This document shows, piece after piece, positions 48,401 through 58,238 of a stretch of DNA of 64,000 nt; the first letter of the stretch is position 1; each line of letters opens with the position of its first letter. Both the position numbers and the translations under genes were made by a program. The notes beneath the pieces were generated by a model. The model did no database searches. It was given only the letters and a program-made list of their open reading frames with translations, and was not told where the DNA came from. The DNA is taken from IMG/VR virus record IMGVR_UViG_3300027896_000017, positions 1 through 64,000 of that record. One strand, given 5' to 3'. The stretch comes from a virus.

Positions 48401-51180
48401 GAATATCCAGATTCGCCTGATGTTCCAGACGTTCCAGACGCCCCAGATGTTCCAGATGTTCCAGACGTTCCAGATTTTCCTGAAGTTCCAGATGTACCAG
48501 ATTCTCCAGACGTTCCAGATTCTCCAGAATATCCTGATTCCCCAGAATACCCTGATTCTCCAGAATATCCTGATTCTCCAGAATATCCTGATTCTCCAGA
48601 ATATCCAGATTCACCTGATGCTCCAGATGTTCCAGACGTTCCAGATGTTCCAGATGTTCCAGATGCTCCAGATGTTCCAGATTTTCCTGAAGTTCCAGAT
48701 ATACCAGATTCTCCAGATGTTCCTGATTCTCCAGAATACCCTGATTCTCCAGAATATCCTGATTCTCCAGAATATCCTGATTCTCCAGAATATCCAGATT
48801 CACCTGATGTTCCAGATGTTCCAGACGTTCCAGATGTTCCAGATGTTCCAGATGTTCCAGATGTTCCAGATGTTCCAGATGTTCCAGACGTTCCAGATTT
48901 TCCTGAAGTTCCAGATGTACCAGATTCTCCAGAATATCCTGATTCTCCAGAATATCCTGATTCTCCAGAATGTCCTGATTCTCCAGAATATCCAGATGTC
49001 CCGGATGTTCCAGATGCTCCAGATGTTCCAGATGCTCCAGACGCTCCAGATGTTCCAGAATATCCGCTTGTTCCAGACGCCCCAGACGCTCCAGACGCCC
49101 CAGATGTTCCAGATTCTCCAGATGTTCCAGATTCTCCAGATGTTCCAGATTCTCCAGACGTTCCAGATTCTCCGGATGTTCCAGATTCTCCAGAATATCC
49201 AGATTCGCCAGATGTTCCAGATGTTCCAGATACTCCAGATGCTCCAGACGTACCAGACGCCCCAGAATATCCTGACGTGCCAGAATAACCTTGTAATCCT
49301 GGTTCATCAGAAAAATTTATAGGTCTTGCAAAATCTTCTGGGACAGTTTCTAAATTCCATCTTTTTGCATACATGAATTGAAAGTATACGTCTTCAATGA
49401 ATGCTTTTTCTACTTCGCCATCATTATAAATATATGTAGTAAGTGTCCATGTTCCCGAATATCCAGAAATTCCGCCAGAATGCGTAATCTTACCATAATA
49501 TTCATTGCCGCTTTCATCTGCTATTGGATTATGATTAATACCATTTCTTAAATTACATATATCTTCATAGCCGCTTACCGGGACGCCTTCAGTTGTGTCA
49601 GGAAAAGAATCAACCGCCCTTTCTCCAATCATAGAATCGCTAATATCATATTGAGAAATTCCTGAATATCCAGAAACGCCCACAAAAGCTTGTGTATTAG
49701 ATATAATTTTTCTACCTTCAAAATTTGCGGTACTTCCTGATATTCCAGATTCTCCAGAATATCCTGATTCACCAGAATATCCTGATTCACCAGAATATCC
49801 TGATTCACCAGAATATCCAGATTCGCCTGACGTTCCAGATGTCCCAGATGTCCCAGATGTTCCAGATGCCCCAGATTTTCCTGAAGTTCCAGATGCTCCA
49901 GATTCTCCAGAATATCCTGATTCTCCAGAATATCCAGATTCGCCTGATGTTCCAGACGCTCCAGATGTTCCAGATGTTCCAGACGTTCCAGATTTTCCTG
50001 AAGTTCCAGATGTTCCGGATTCTCCAGAATATCCTGATTCTCCAGAATAACCCGATTCTCCAGAATATCCTGATTCTCCAGAATATCCTGATTCTCCAGA
50101 ATATCCAGATTCACCTGATGTTCCAGACGTTCCAGACGCCCCAGATGTTCCAGATGTTCCAGACGTTCCAGATTTTCCTGAAGTTCCAGATGTTCCGGAT
50201 TCTCCAGAATATCCTGATTCTCCAGAATATCCTGATTCTCCAGAATATCCAGATTCGCCTGATGTTCCAGACGTTCCAGACGCCCCAGATGTTCCAGATG
50301 TTCCAGACGTTCCAGATTTTCCTGAAGTTCCAGATGTACCAGATTCTCCAGACGTTCCAGATTCTCCAGAATATCCTGATTCCCCAGAATACCCTGATTC
50401 TCCAGAATATCCTGATTCTCCAGAATATCCTGATTCTCCAGAATATCCAGATTCACCTGATGCTCCAGATGTTCCAGACGTTCCAGATGTTCCAGATGTT
50501 CCAGATGCTCCAGATGTTCCAGATTTTCCTGAAGTTCCAGATATACCAGATTCTCCAGATGTTCCTGATTCTCCAGAATACCCTGATTCTCCAGAATATC
50601 CTGATTCTCCAGAATATCCTGATTCTCCAGAATATCCAGATTCACCTGATGTTCCAGATGTTCCAGACGTTCCAGATGTTCCAGATGTTCCAGATGTTCC
50701 AGATGTTCCAGATGTTCCAGATTTTCCTGAAGTTCCAGATGTACCAGATTCTCCAGACGTTCCAGATTCTCCAGAATATCCTGATTCTCCAGAATATCCT
50801 GATTCTCCAGAATATCCAGATTTACCTGATGTTCCAGATGTTCCAGATGTTCCAGATGTTCCAGATGTTCCGGATTTTCCTGAAGTTCCAGATGTACCAG
50901 ATTCTCCAGAATACCCAGATTCTCCAGAATATCCTGATTCTCCAGAATATCCAGATTCACCTGATGCCCCAGATGCTCCTGAATATCCTGAATATCCTAT
51001 ACTATCTGGATTTATAGTATGATAAGTCCCATGGGAATCTCTATATCCAAGATTGCCGGTATCATTTTCAATGGCTATTTGACCAAGATCTAAATGTTGG
51101 CGCAATAAAGTTTCAGAATTATTGATCTCGGTAATATGCACCTGTTCGGCAAGCGGGTCTTCATATATATCGTCTGACAT
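45481..51180 (-). CDS. giant Gly-X-Ser repeat fibre protein
   Basis: (SGT/SGE/SGY/SGK)n tracts interspersed with globular domains. Confidence 0.8.
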   Translation of the reverse strand: MSDDIYEDPLAEQVHITEINNSETLLRQHLDLGQIAIENDTGNLGYRDSHGTYHTINPDSIGYSGYSGASGASGESGYSGESGYSGESGYSGESGTSGTSGKSGTSGTSGTSGTSGTSGKSGYSGESGYSGESGYSGESGTSGESGTSGTSGKSGTSGTSGTSGTSGTSGTSGTSGTSGESGYSGESGYSGESGYSGESGYSGESGTSGESGISGTSGKSGTSGASGTSGTSGTSGTSGASGESGYSGESGYSGESGYSGESGYSGESGYSGESGTSGESGTSGTSGKSGTSGTSGTSGASGTSGTSGESGYSGESGYSGESGYSGESGTSGTSGKSGTSGTSGTSGASGTSGTSGESGYSGESGYSGESGYSGESGYSGESGYSGESGTSGTSGKSGTSGTSGTSGASGTSGESGYSGESGYSGESGASGTSGKSGASGTSGTSGTSGTSGESGYSGESGYSGESGYSGESGYSGESGISGSTANFEGRKIISNTQAFVGVSGYSGISQYDISDSMIGERAVDSFPDTTEGVPVSGYEDICNLRNGINHNPIADESGNEYYGKITHSGGISGYSGTWTLTTYIYNDGEVEKAFIEDVYFQFMYAKRWNLETVPEDFARPINFSDEPGLQGYSGTSGYSGASGTSGASGVSGTSGTSGESGYSGESGTSGESGTSGESGTSGESGTSGESGTSGASGASGASGTSGYSGTSGASGASGTSGASGTSGTSGYSGESGHSGESGYSGESGYSGESGTSGTSGKSGTSGTSGTSGTSGTSGTSGTSGTSGTSGTSGESGYSGESGYSGESGYSGESGYSGESGTSGESGISGTSGKSGTSGASGTSGTSGTSGTSGASGESGYSGESGYSGESGYSGESGYSGESGYSGESGTSGESGTSGTSGKSGTSGTSGTSGASGTSGTSGESGYSGESGYSGESGYSGESGTSGTSGKSGTSGTSGTSGASGTSGTSGESGYSGESGYSGESGYSGESGYSGESGYSGESGTSGTSGKSGTSGTSGTSGASGTSGESGYSGESGYSGESGASGTSGKSGASGTSGTSGTSGTSGESGYSGESGYSGESGYSGESGYSGESGISGSTANFEGRKIISNTQAFVGVSGYSGISQYDISDSMIGERAVDSFPDTTEGVPVSGYEDICNLRNGINHNPIADESGNEYYGKITHSGGISGYSGTWTLTTYIYNDGEVEKAFIEDVYFQFMYAKRWNLETVPEDFARPINFSDEPGLQGYSGTSGYSGASGTSGASGVSGTSGTSGESGYSGESGTSGESGTSGESGTSGESGTSGESGTSGASGASGASGTSGYSGTSGASGASGTSGASGTSGTSGYSGNSGYSGVQGAVTGQKFWFDTTSSDITTPTSQASGGDTFTFSAAAGTIVRSGAGSFVTDNWVVGQKFIVTNSSTAMDTHEWAIRSVTASTITVTNGYGSLTNSNNNTTATITINCEKLTRVPATGTETTENLTGITSASSYVPFDSYLTVATVPGETSIPVGTWKFHGRFSANNAHVSAGYVIEKRSATGVVTALSGGVVGSTGALTVDVTAYDTYWTIESPISILSTDRIIIRVVAINSEANAHNATWTYQGTTDSSWVETTFTVQGVSGYSGTSGVSGVSGASGASGTSGISGTSGTSGYSGTSGTSGYSGTSGTSGTSGTSGTSGTSGTSGTSGTSGTSGTSGTSGTSGTSGTSGYSGTSGTSGTSGTSGTSGTSGTSGTSGTSGTSGTSGTSGTSGYSGTSGTSGVSGTSGTSGTSGTSGTSGVSGYAGVTASSTTTFTNKRNQPRSLSVASNTSLTPEIDTYDIYAITALAGAITINNHSTSTPVLGEKLIIRIKDNGTARAISFGDKYRAMGNALPTTTVLSKTLYMGFIYHAADDKWDLIALSQET
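47140..50722. repeat. near-exact 1842-bp tandem duplication inside the fibre gene
   Basis: 47140-~48880 matches 48982-~50722, including the non-repetitive domain. Confidence 0.85.
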
Positions 51181-51224
51181 AATATTTTCTTTCAATGGTT
51201 AAGTGCATGTTTAATATTCAATAA

Positions 51225-53765
51225 TTATCCAATATGATACGCTGTAGCAAGATAATTATTCTGCATATTAGGCAACCCTGAACCTCGCTCAAAGAATGTA
51301 AGATATGATTTTTGAAATCTTTTAAAATCCTCATGGCCAAAACCATAAATATTTTGATAAAATAAAATTATTTGTTTAGGAGCAATGGTAATATTCATAC
51401 TGTAATTGCTTGGAAAATAAGAACCAAATTCAGCATATTTTAAATATCGAATAGTTTCCAATATATTAGATTTTTCATGAATTCCATTATATTTTTTAAA
51501 TTGATCAAATTGAGACCAAGATGGAAAAGTGGACTCATTAAAAATGGACGCATTTCTTGCAAGAATTTGATATTTCGTAACACTATCTTCCGGATTTAAG
51601 ATTGTATCAATAGGCGCATCTAAATAAGCTTTAAAATAATCACCATTATTTAATTGTAAATATAAAAATTTATGTGTAGGCCAGGGTATATGAACAAAAC
51701 TACCAACTACATCGTTTGCCGAAACGCCCATATAATCATTATAAAGGGGCTCTTTTAAAATAGATTTTTTATATAATTGTAATCTAACTAAGCCTTGTTC
51801 TTTATTGTGCCATATTGCTTGAGTTATATGATAAATGCCACTATAATCAGAGGTTTTATTGGTATTATTATAAATTAAAATCTCAGGATATTTAATCCCT
51901 TTTGATGTATCATATACAAAATTAATCATATGTTGAATAGGCATTGGACCCTCTGCCGAATATATTACTATCGACGCTGGCGTATACTGTTCTTCAGCGG
52001 CGACATCTTTTAAAATAAAATTATTAGTTAATTTTAAATATAACAAATCTTCTTTCAGTAAATCAGAAACATCGGATAATTTAATAATTCCATTAAGTCT
52101 ATCTATAATTGAAATTATTGATATATCGCCATATTTAGTTAAAAATTTACCACCCACCTGAACAAAAGGATGTAGTGCATTAGGGCTTTTTAATTCAACA
52201 GTTATTAAATTATTGTTCTTATCAATACTTATAATTTTATATGGATAAGATTCGTATAATCCTATTACTTTACCATCATCTGGCGATAATGGCTGCCCAT
52301 AATATGAATTCATCGCCTGCTTGTATTCTAATCCATTATTAATGTTTTGAATGCCTTTCATAATACTGGATATAGCCATTTTTCCACTATAATTATTGTG
52401 ATTATAAATATTCCAATCTGAAATATTAATTAAATTTCCATATAATTCATATAAATAATTTTCTATAATAGATACTTTTTGACAATAAACTATAGAATCA
52501 ATAGGAATGGCCCCGTCTTCAAATATATTTCGATTAAATTCTAAAATATAATTATTAAAAGTAAAATCTATATCTTTTCTAAATTCTACAGGGTATCCAC
52601 CGCTAATATGTGAATGTAGGTACTGAATATCTATTACATTTTTATCGATATCATAAGCTTTAGCTGTGGTCAAATAAATATTAAAAGTTTCATTTTCAAG
52701 ATAAGATAAATCACCATCAACTTTTATCATAAATTTACTTTTTGATTCATCAGAGACCCATTCACCTTGATTTGTAGTTCCTATAGTACCATTAGAGGAA
52801 TTATAACCACTATACCATTTCCATATATTACCTTCATATGGATAATATCTTCCATTAGGTTGTTCCGCGCATTTATATAAAGACAATTTTAAAAACTCTA
52901 CAGCATACTCGTCTAAATCGGTTCCGCCAAAAATTGGCAAAAGGGCTGAACTATAATTTAAACCGGATTTATTAATAAATGTAGCCCAAGGGGTACCCGT
53001 ACTGGAGGCACTAATAACATCATTAATATTATCGCCTGACGCGACCTTAATTAATAAATAATCATCACCCCATATAATTTCAGACTCATCAGCGCTGATA
53101 ACCTGAACATTATAATGCGAAATATCTTTATAATCAGGTTGATCTGGAGTGTATAGCCCCTCTATCGACATTACGCCAATTAAATCGTCTGAAATTTCAC
53201 CATTACTAAATGATTTATCTATTTCAGCATAATGTTTTCTATCATTGGGCTCTTTAGATGATAATAAATTTAATATTTTAAAATATTGGTCTTTAATATC
53301 TGATCTATTGGCCTTAACAACAATATAATTATTTAAACCAATTTCCCTTATTTTATAATAATCTGAAGAAGAGATTTCTATTAAATCTTGATAAATAGGT
53401 TTTAAATTTGAATCGTATTGAGGTTCTATAGATACTTCACGAATAGCCCTGATAGTATAATTATCATTTTTATTTGTAGGATCAAGATTTAAGGGCTTAG
53501 AAGTTAACGGCCCTAAAATTATTTCATAATAATCTTCAATTGGATATATTTCAGATTGTTCAGGTGCGGAACTATTATATAATCGTGTTGATTTGGTAAT
53601 TAAATTGTTAGTGGCTAATCTCAACCCTTGCCAATAATTCTCAAATAATTCCCTATCATCATCAGATAAATAGTCCCAGAAAGTGGTTAAATAATCCCAC
53701 AAATTTAAATTAAATTTATCCTCTTGAACTAAAGGATAATATTGCGTATTATCGTTCTGGCTCAT
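51225..53765 (-). CDS. putative baseplate/structural protein
   Basis: 846 aa; ATGA-coupled to the upstream baseplate gene. Confidence 0.55.
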   Translation of the reverse strand: MSQNDNTQYYPLVQEDKFNLNLWDYLTTFWDYLSDDDRELFENYWQGLRLATNNLITKSTRLYNSSAPEQSEIYPIEDYYEIILGPLTSKPLNLDPTNKNDNYTIRAIREVSIEPQYDSNLKPIYQDLIEISSSDYYKIREIGLNNYIVVKANRSDIKDQYFKILNLLSSKEPNDRKHYAEIDKSFSNGEISDDLIGVMSIEGLYTPDQPDYKDISHYNVQVISADESEIIWGDDYLLIKVASGDNINDVISASSTGTPWATFINKSGLNYSSALLPIFGGTDLDEYAVEFLKLSLYKCAEQPNGRYYPYEGNIWKWYSGYNSSNGTIGTTNQGEWVSDESKSKFMIKVDGDLSYLENETFNIYLTTAKAYDIDKNVIDIQYLHSHISGGYPVEFRKDIDFTFNNYILEFNRNIFEDGAIPIDSIVYCQKVSIIENYLYELYGNLINISDWNIYNHNNYSGKMAISSIMKGIQNINNGLEYKQAMNSYYGQPLSPDDGKVIGLYESYPYKIISIDKNNNLITVELKSPNALHPFVQVGGKFLTKYGDISIISIIDRLNGIIKLSDVSDLLKEDLLYLKLTNNFILKDVAAEEQYTPASIVIYSAEGPMPIQHMINFVYDTSKGIKYPEILIYNNTNKTSDYSGIYHITQAIWHNKEQGLVRLQLYKKSILKEPLYNDYMGVSANDVVGSFVHIPWPTHKFLYLQLNNGDYFKAYLDAPIDTILNPEDSVTKYQILARNASIFNESTFPSWSQFDQFKKYNGIHEKSNILETIRYLKYAEFGSYFPSNYSMNITIAPKQIILFYQNIYGFGHEDFKRFQKSYLTFFERGSGLPNMQNNYLATAYHIG

Positions 53766-56743
53766 AATGTAGTTGCCGATAATGATGTGATTCTAAAAAA
53801 TTCTATCGAATTCGCCTCTAATTGGTCGGTAAATGTTCCAGTTATAAGATTGCCTAAATTATCATATCTGATGTAAGACACAGTTATAGGTTCTTGAATA
53901 TTATTAACTATATTTTGATTATATAAATAACTAACAAGATCTTTAACAACAAATACACCATCTATATTGTCATCAAAATATTTTTTTATAGCATCAGTAA
54001 CCTGATTGTCGCTTGATTTTCCAGTATAATAAATGGCAAATGAAAGACTGATTGGCGATTTATGTTTAACAAGGATATCTCCATATACTCTGCCAAAAAT
54101 AGGACCTTCAAAAAAATCCTGCATAGCAGATATGGATGGATAGGTGGTATATTCAACGGTAATAGAGTCAGAATCAATATTATTTAAATATATTTTAACG
54201 ATCTCTTTTGACGATCTTACTAATAATAAATCTGAACGCATTACCGTATAATCTGAATTTGATAAAATTTTAGTTTCATTAAGAGTGGCCCCTATAGTAA
54301 CGGATAAAATATCAATAATAGGCATATTACAACCAAGCGCCCTGCTCATTTCAAAATAATTATCATTAATTTGTTTAGTTAAAGTGATTGAGGATGAAAT
54401 TAAATTTTCATAATTACTTAATGTAGCCACGTAAATATCCGATTTGTTATTGGCATGATACGATCCTGAAGAACCACTTTCAGCTTTTATATAATCAATA
54501 TGAAGAACCGAATGTATGTCATCTTCAGTTTCATTTGAATATCTACTTTTTAATTTGGTAGTTCCGGTTGTTATAAATAAAATAAAAATATTAGTTCCAA
54601 ATCTATTTAAAACTTTATAACGATCTATGCCGTCTAAATCCTGTGTAAATAATGATTCTAAACTATTTTTAGAGCCATCTGGGTTAGATAATCCAGATAT
54701 TGCAGTCCAGGCTCCACTGGTTAATTCAGTGGATCCGGTAGCAACGCTTTGCCCCTCTTTATCCCATATATAAGCCTGAAAGCCATCTGTTAAGGTGTTA
54801 TTTATGGCGCTGGAGCCATTAGCACGAGCGTATAAAGTAATAGGGCCATCAAGATGTTCTACATTCAAAGCAAACATTGCTGTGGCTTTCTTTTCTGAAA
54901 TATCAAAAGCTTTTAAATTTGTTATTTGCCATTGATCGGCAGTAGATAGACTTTTGGTATCTAATGATATTTTCATCATAGTTCCATAACGAGTAGAAGA
55001 TATATTTCTTAATTCGGTGCCATAAACACTTAACAGCGCACTCTGTGTTTGAATTCTTAATACATTTTCTGATGGCGTAGTGTCTGGACTTGATTCCGCT
55101 GTTTTATGCAAATAAAGGGTCATTCTTAAATCGTCATAAATAATAAATTCAAATTCATATTCTGATAAAGGTTCTATGCGCCACAAGGTTTCAAATAAAG
55201 CGTTAATATCGCCTATGGTGTGCTGTTGTTCTTCATCCTCATCCACAAGATATACTTGAGCAGTTCCATATTTTTCAGCATGAGCGAAATAAATAGAAGC
55301 ATTATTAGGAGGGGGCGTTCCCTCAGAAATCTCATTTTGAGGAACAAATTTATTATTTATTCTAATTCCAAAACCAATTCCAGTATAACCGTCTACTGTA
55401 TTATCATTAGTTCCACCTATCATTATCTGAAGATTGCTATTAGCTGTAAGGGCTGAATCGTCAGCGACATCGGGCCATGTAAAAGTTCCGGACAATTTAA
55501 CACCAATACGTTTATTGATATCTTTACCAACAGACAAAGAATTCAGCGCTCCACCGCAAATATTAATAGTATTATTGGTAAAATTTAAAACTTTAATATC
55601 TTCTGCGCCATCGGCTAACGGCCCAAGATTACTAGGAGTAAATCCATTAGCGCCATAAATCCATTCTGGAGACGGAACAATTACAGGAGTATACCCAACA
55701 TTTTCATCAATAATATTAAATAGGTCTTTTGTTGCAACTTCCATATATGTTTTATAATCATCAAAAAATATCCCTTTATACATATCGTCGGTGCATTCCT
55801 GATTTAATGCATAACCATGAAATGCCGGTTCTTGAGAATTAATATCACTAGGTTCTATGGTAAGAGGATAATCATAATCTGTGGGGATAGAAAGAGGACC
55901 CCATTGACCAGCGTTAACATTCCCAGCTTCAAATGGATATATCTGATAAAAACCTATACTTTTAATAAGATTTTCACCTTGAACTTTTCCAAGAAACGTT
56001 ACTTGCTGCGGAGGGGCTGATAAATCTATAGCTTCAACTAAATCGCGATTCATATATCTGTCGCCGGCTGAAGCTATGTATTGGGATCGTATAATAGGAA
56101 AAAATTCAGGCAATCTGGCATATATACTACGCTTATTCATTAAGCTTCTGTCATTAATAGCATATGTTAATCTTTTAAAATATTGTTCATTATTTTCATA
56201 TTTAGAACCATTTTTAATAGCCTCAGGATTAGATACCATTTTATAAGTAAAATCAATATTTGTTATTTGGGATATTCCGCCAACATCAATATTGTAAGAA
56301 CCCCCTCTTACTGTAGCTATAATTGGAACGTCAATATAATAAATAGCAAATCGATCTGTAGAACGTAAAAATGATCCACTATTGATATATCCAGGTTGAA
56401 TGGCTTGATATTGTAATCCATCAGAACTTATAAACCTGGTGTCGGCAGTTATTTCAATATTAACCTTTTGATCAAACCATATTCTTGCATAGCCAAAGGC
56501 ATAATCTCCATATACTCTAGGTTCAAAAAATTTATTACCAAAAAAATCCAATTCCTGTTCAGACATATTTTGCCAATTAGTTACATCATTTATTCTATGC
56601 TCGCTGGCTAAAGAATTATAGAAATCGCCCAAAATTATACCTGAAGGCTTTACAGCCAATTCATCAATTACAGTTCCTTTTTGGCCGGAAGACTCTGAAA
56701 CCTCGGACCATTTTTTTCTAATAAAAGCTGTAAAATTAAACAT
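53762..56743 (-). CDS. putative baseplate wedge (gpJ/gp6-like) protein
   Basis: LD.FG.KFF..R..G..A.G; V...A...G..YN; NP.AI.NG...E motifs. Confidence 0.65.
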   Translation of the reverse strand: MFNFTAFIRKKWSEVSESSGQKGTVIDELAVKPSGIILGDFYNSLASEHRINDVTNWQNMSEQELDFFGNKFFEPRVYGDYAFGYARIWFDQKVNIEITADTRFISSDGLQYQAIQPGYINSGSFLRSTDRFAIYYIDVPIIATVRGGSYNIDVGGISQITNIDFTYKMVSNPEAIKNGSKYENNEQYFKRLTYAINDRSLMNKRSIYARLPEFFPIIRSQYIASAGDRYMNRDLVEAIDLSAPPQQVTFLGKVQGENLIKSIGFYQIYPFEAGNVNAGQWGPLSIPTDYDYPLTIEPSDINSQEPAFHGYALNQECTDDMYKGIFFDDYKTYMEVATKDLFNIIDENVGYTPVIVPSPEWIYGANGFTPSNLGPLADGAEDIKVLNFTNNTINICGGALNSLSVGKDINKRIGVKLSGTFTWPDVADDSALTANSNLQIMIGGTNDNTVDGYTGIGFGIRINNKFVPQNEISEGTPPPNNASIYFAHAEKYGTAQVYLVDEDEEQQHTIGDINALFETLWRIEPLSEYEFEFIIYDDLRMTLYLHKTAESSPDTTPSENVLRIQTQSALLSVYGTELRNISSTRYGTMMKISLDTKSLSTADQWQITNLKAFDISEKKATAMFALNVEHLDGPITLYARANGSSAINNTLTDGFQAYIWDKEGQSVATGSTELTSGAWTAISGLSNPDGSKNSLESLFTQDLDGIDRYKVLNRFGTNIFILFITTGTTKLKSRYSNETEDDIHSVLHIDYIKAESGSSGSYHANNKSDIYVATLSNYENLISSSITLTKQINDNYFEMSRALGCNMPIIDILSVTIGATLNETKILSNSDYTVMRSDLLLVRSSKEIVKIYLNNIDSDSITVEYTTYPSISAMQDFFEGPIFGRVYGDILVKHKSPISLSFAIYYTGKSSDNQVTDAIKKYFDDNIDGVFVVKDLVSYLYNQNIVNNIQEPITVSYIRYDNLGNLITGTFTDQLEANSIEFFRITSLSATTL

Positions 56744-56906
56744 AGTATTCCTTGGGGGTTAAAGAGGCCCTATTATTGAATATATATATAATATACCTTT
56801 AAACCATCTTTTCTTCAATATGTTATTTTAAAAGTAATTAGGAAATAACTATAATAGTGAGATTTAATTTAGACTGATCATCTTTAACTAAACAAAGGAG
56901 TTTAAT

Positions 56907-57656
56907 ATGGGAAAGCTGCATGAACACATTGCGGTGGAAAATGACATCAAAGGAACGCTATCGAAAATTATAGCAGAAGCCGCGACTACGTTCACCAAAA
57001 AAGACACGCATTTTGATGAGTCTTCAAGGCTTTATACTCCGTTTGTAGATGGAGATAAAGATATTCCAGAAACTGAAGTAACGCATATGGTTACTACAGT
57101 AAAAGACAAGCTTGACTATGTATTTCCATATCTGGCCAAAAACCTAGATCATACATATCAGAAGGAATTGGCCAATACGGTAGCAAAAGCTGATGTGGTT
57201 CTGGAGAACGGGACGGTTTTGGCAGAAAAAGTGCCGGTGCTTGTTCTGGTTCAGCTGGAGAATACATTAGAAGGCTTCAGAAAAAATGTTCTGGAAATCA
57301 TTCCCACATTGGATCCCAAGATTGATTGGGAACCTGATACGTCAGCTAAAAATGTGTGGAAGACCCGCAATGCCATCAAAACAGTCAGAACGAAGAAAAT
57401 AAATAAGCCAGTAATCGTAGTGCCGGCTTCAGACAAGTTTCAGGCACAAGGGCAATTGGTGCCTGAAGACATCCCTGTGGGCGAATTTGTCAAAACAGCT
57501 CGCACAGGAAGGTTCTCACCTCTTCAGAAAAGTGATATTCTTGCTAAAATGGACGTAATCATAGCTGCTGTAAAAAAGGCTCGCGCAAGGGCCAATGATA
57601 CGCCTATTGAGAACGTAACAATTGGCAAGAAGATTGTGGATTTTATTCTTGGTTGA
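56907..57656 (+). CDS. conserved hypothetical helical protein preceding structured RNAs
   Basis: AAGGAG RBS; promoter motif at 56839; IPTLDP and AVKKARARAN motifs. Confidence 0.8.
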   Translation: MGKLHEHIAVENDIKGTLSKIIAEAATTFTKKDTHFDESSRLYTPFVDGDKDIPETEVTHMVTTVKDKLDYVFPYLAKNLDHTYQKELANTVAKADVVLENGTVLAEKVPVLVLVQLENTLEGFRKNVLEIIPTLDPKIDWEPDTSAKNVWKTRNAIKTVRTKKINKPVIVVPASDKFQAQGQLVPEDIPVGEFVKTARTGRFSPLQKSDILAKMDVIIAAVKKARARANDTPIENVTIGKKIVDFILG

Positions 57657-57663
57657 ATATTAA

Positions 57664-57760
57664 TTTATATATTGCTAGTGTAGGATAGTCGGGAGGCTTT
57701 GAAGTGGGGGCGCTAGTTTCCATGGAGCCAAAAGTGGAATACCGATCTGCAATATATAAA
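57664..57760 (+). ncRNA. 23S rRNA L1-stalk (H76-H78) mimic
   Basis: GTGTAGGATAG..GGGAGGCTTTGAAG..CATGGAGCC..TGGAATACC enclosed by a 12-bp AT-rich stem. Confidence 0.75.
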
Positions 57761-57893
57761 ATAATATAATTGTATAAAGATTGACAATGCGAACTTATAA
57801 CTTCGCATTGTTATTATAGACACAATAGTCATATTTATATTCAGATTAATGAATAAAACTCAGGCTATTATGTGTCCCATGCTAAAAACAAAA

Positions 57894-58050
57894 ATGGTCG
57901 ATTTTGGTCTACAAAATCGTTATCCAAGCCCAATCACCGGTTCAAATCCGGTCTGGCTCTCTAAGAACATCTATATGATGTTTTTAAAGAGCCGGTAGCT
58001 TAGAGGTCAAAGCGGGGTGATAACAGTAAAATACGATTTGTTGTAACCAT
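57894..58050 (+). ncRNA. circularly permuted tRNA-like RNA (YrlA/Y-RNA-like)
   Basis: T-arm ACCGG TTCAAAT CCGGT, then loop-closed acceptor stem CTGGCTCT/AGAGCCGG, then D-arm TAGCTTAGAGGTCAAAGC; long closing stem. Confidence 0.7.
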
Positions 58051-58238
58051 TATCTTCTATGTAGCTCATCCTATAAAGATGATAACTATATAACTGACCG
58101 CCTGGGGGGAAGGGTATTCCCCCTGGGTATTTTTTTACCTTTTTTTATAAAACGTTATTTTAAGGTATTTTATGGTATAACTATATTGGAGAGGGTATAT
58201 CCGTACCTGATCCATAAACCTTTTTCCAGGGAGTGTAT

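Noticed and set aside
39922-51017. Long alternative-frame ORFs (MFQMFQ.., LEHLEH.., PDVPDV..)
   Set aside because: Shadows of the 9-nt Gly-X-Ser codon repeat; no RBS or independent domains.
57664-57760. rRNA gene or host contamination
   Set aside because: Similarity is limited to ~70 nt, closed by a non-rRNA stem and flanked by phage-like sequence.
58096-58108. ZTP riboswitch 3' signature GACCGCCTGGG
   Set aside because: No matching 5' aptamer half; it overlaps a terminator-like hairpin.
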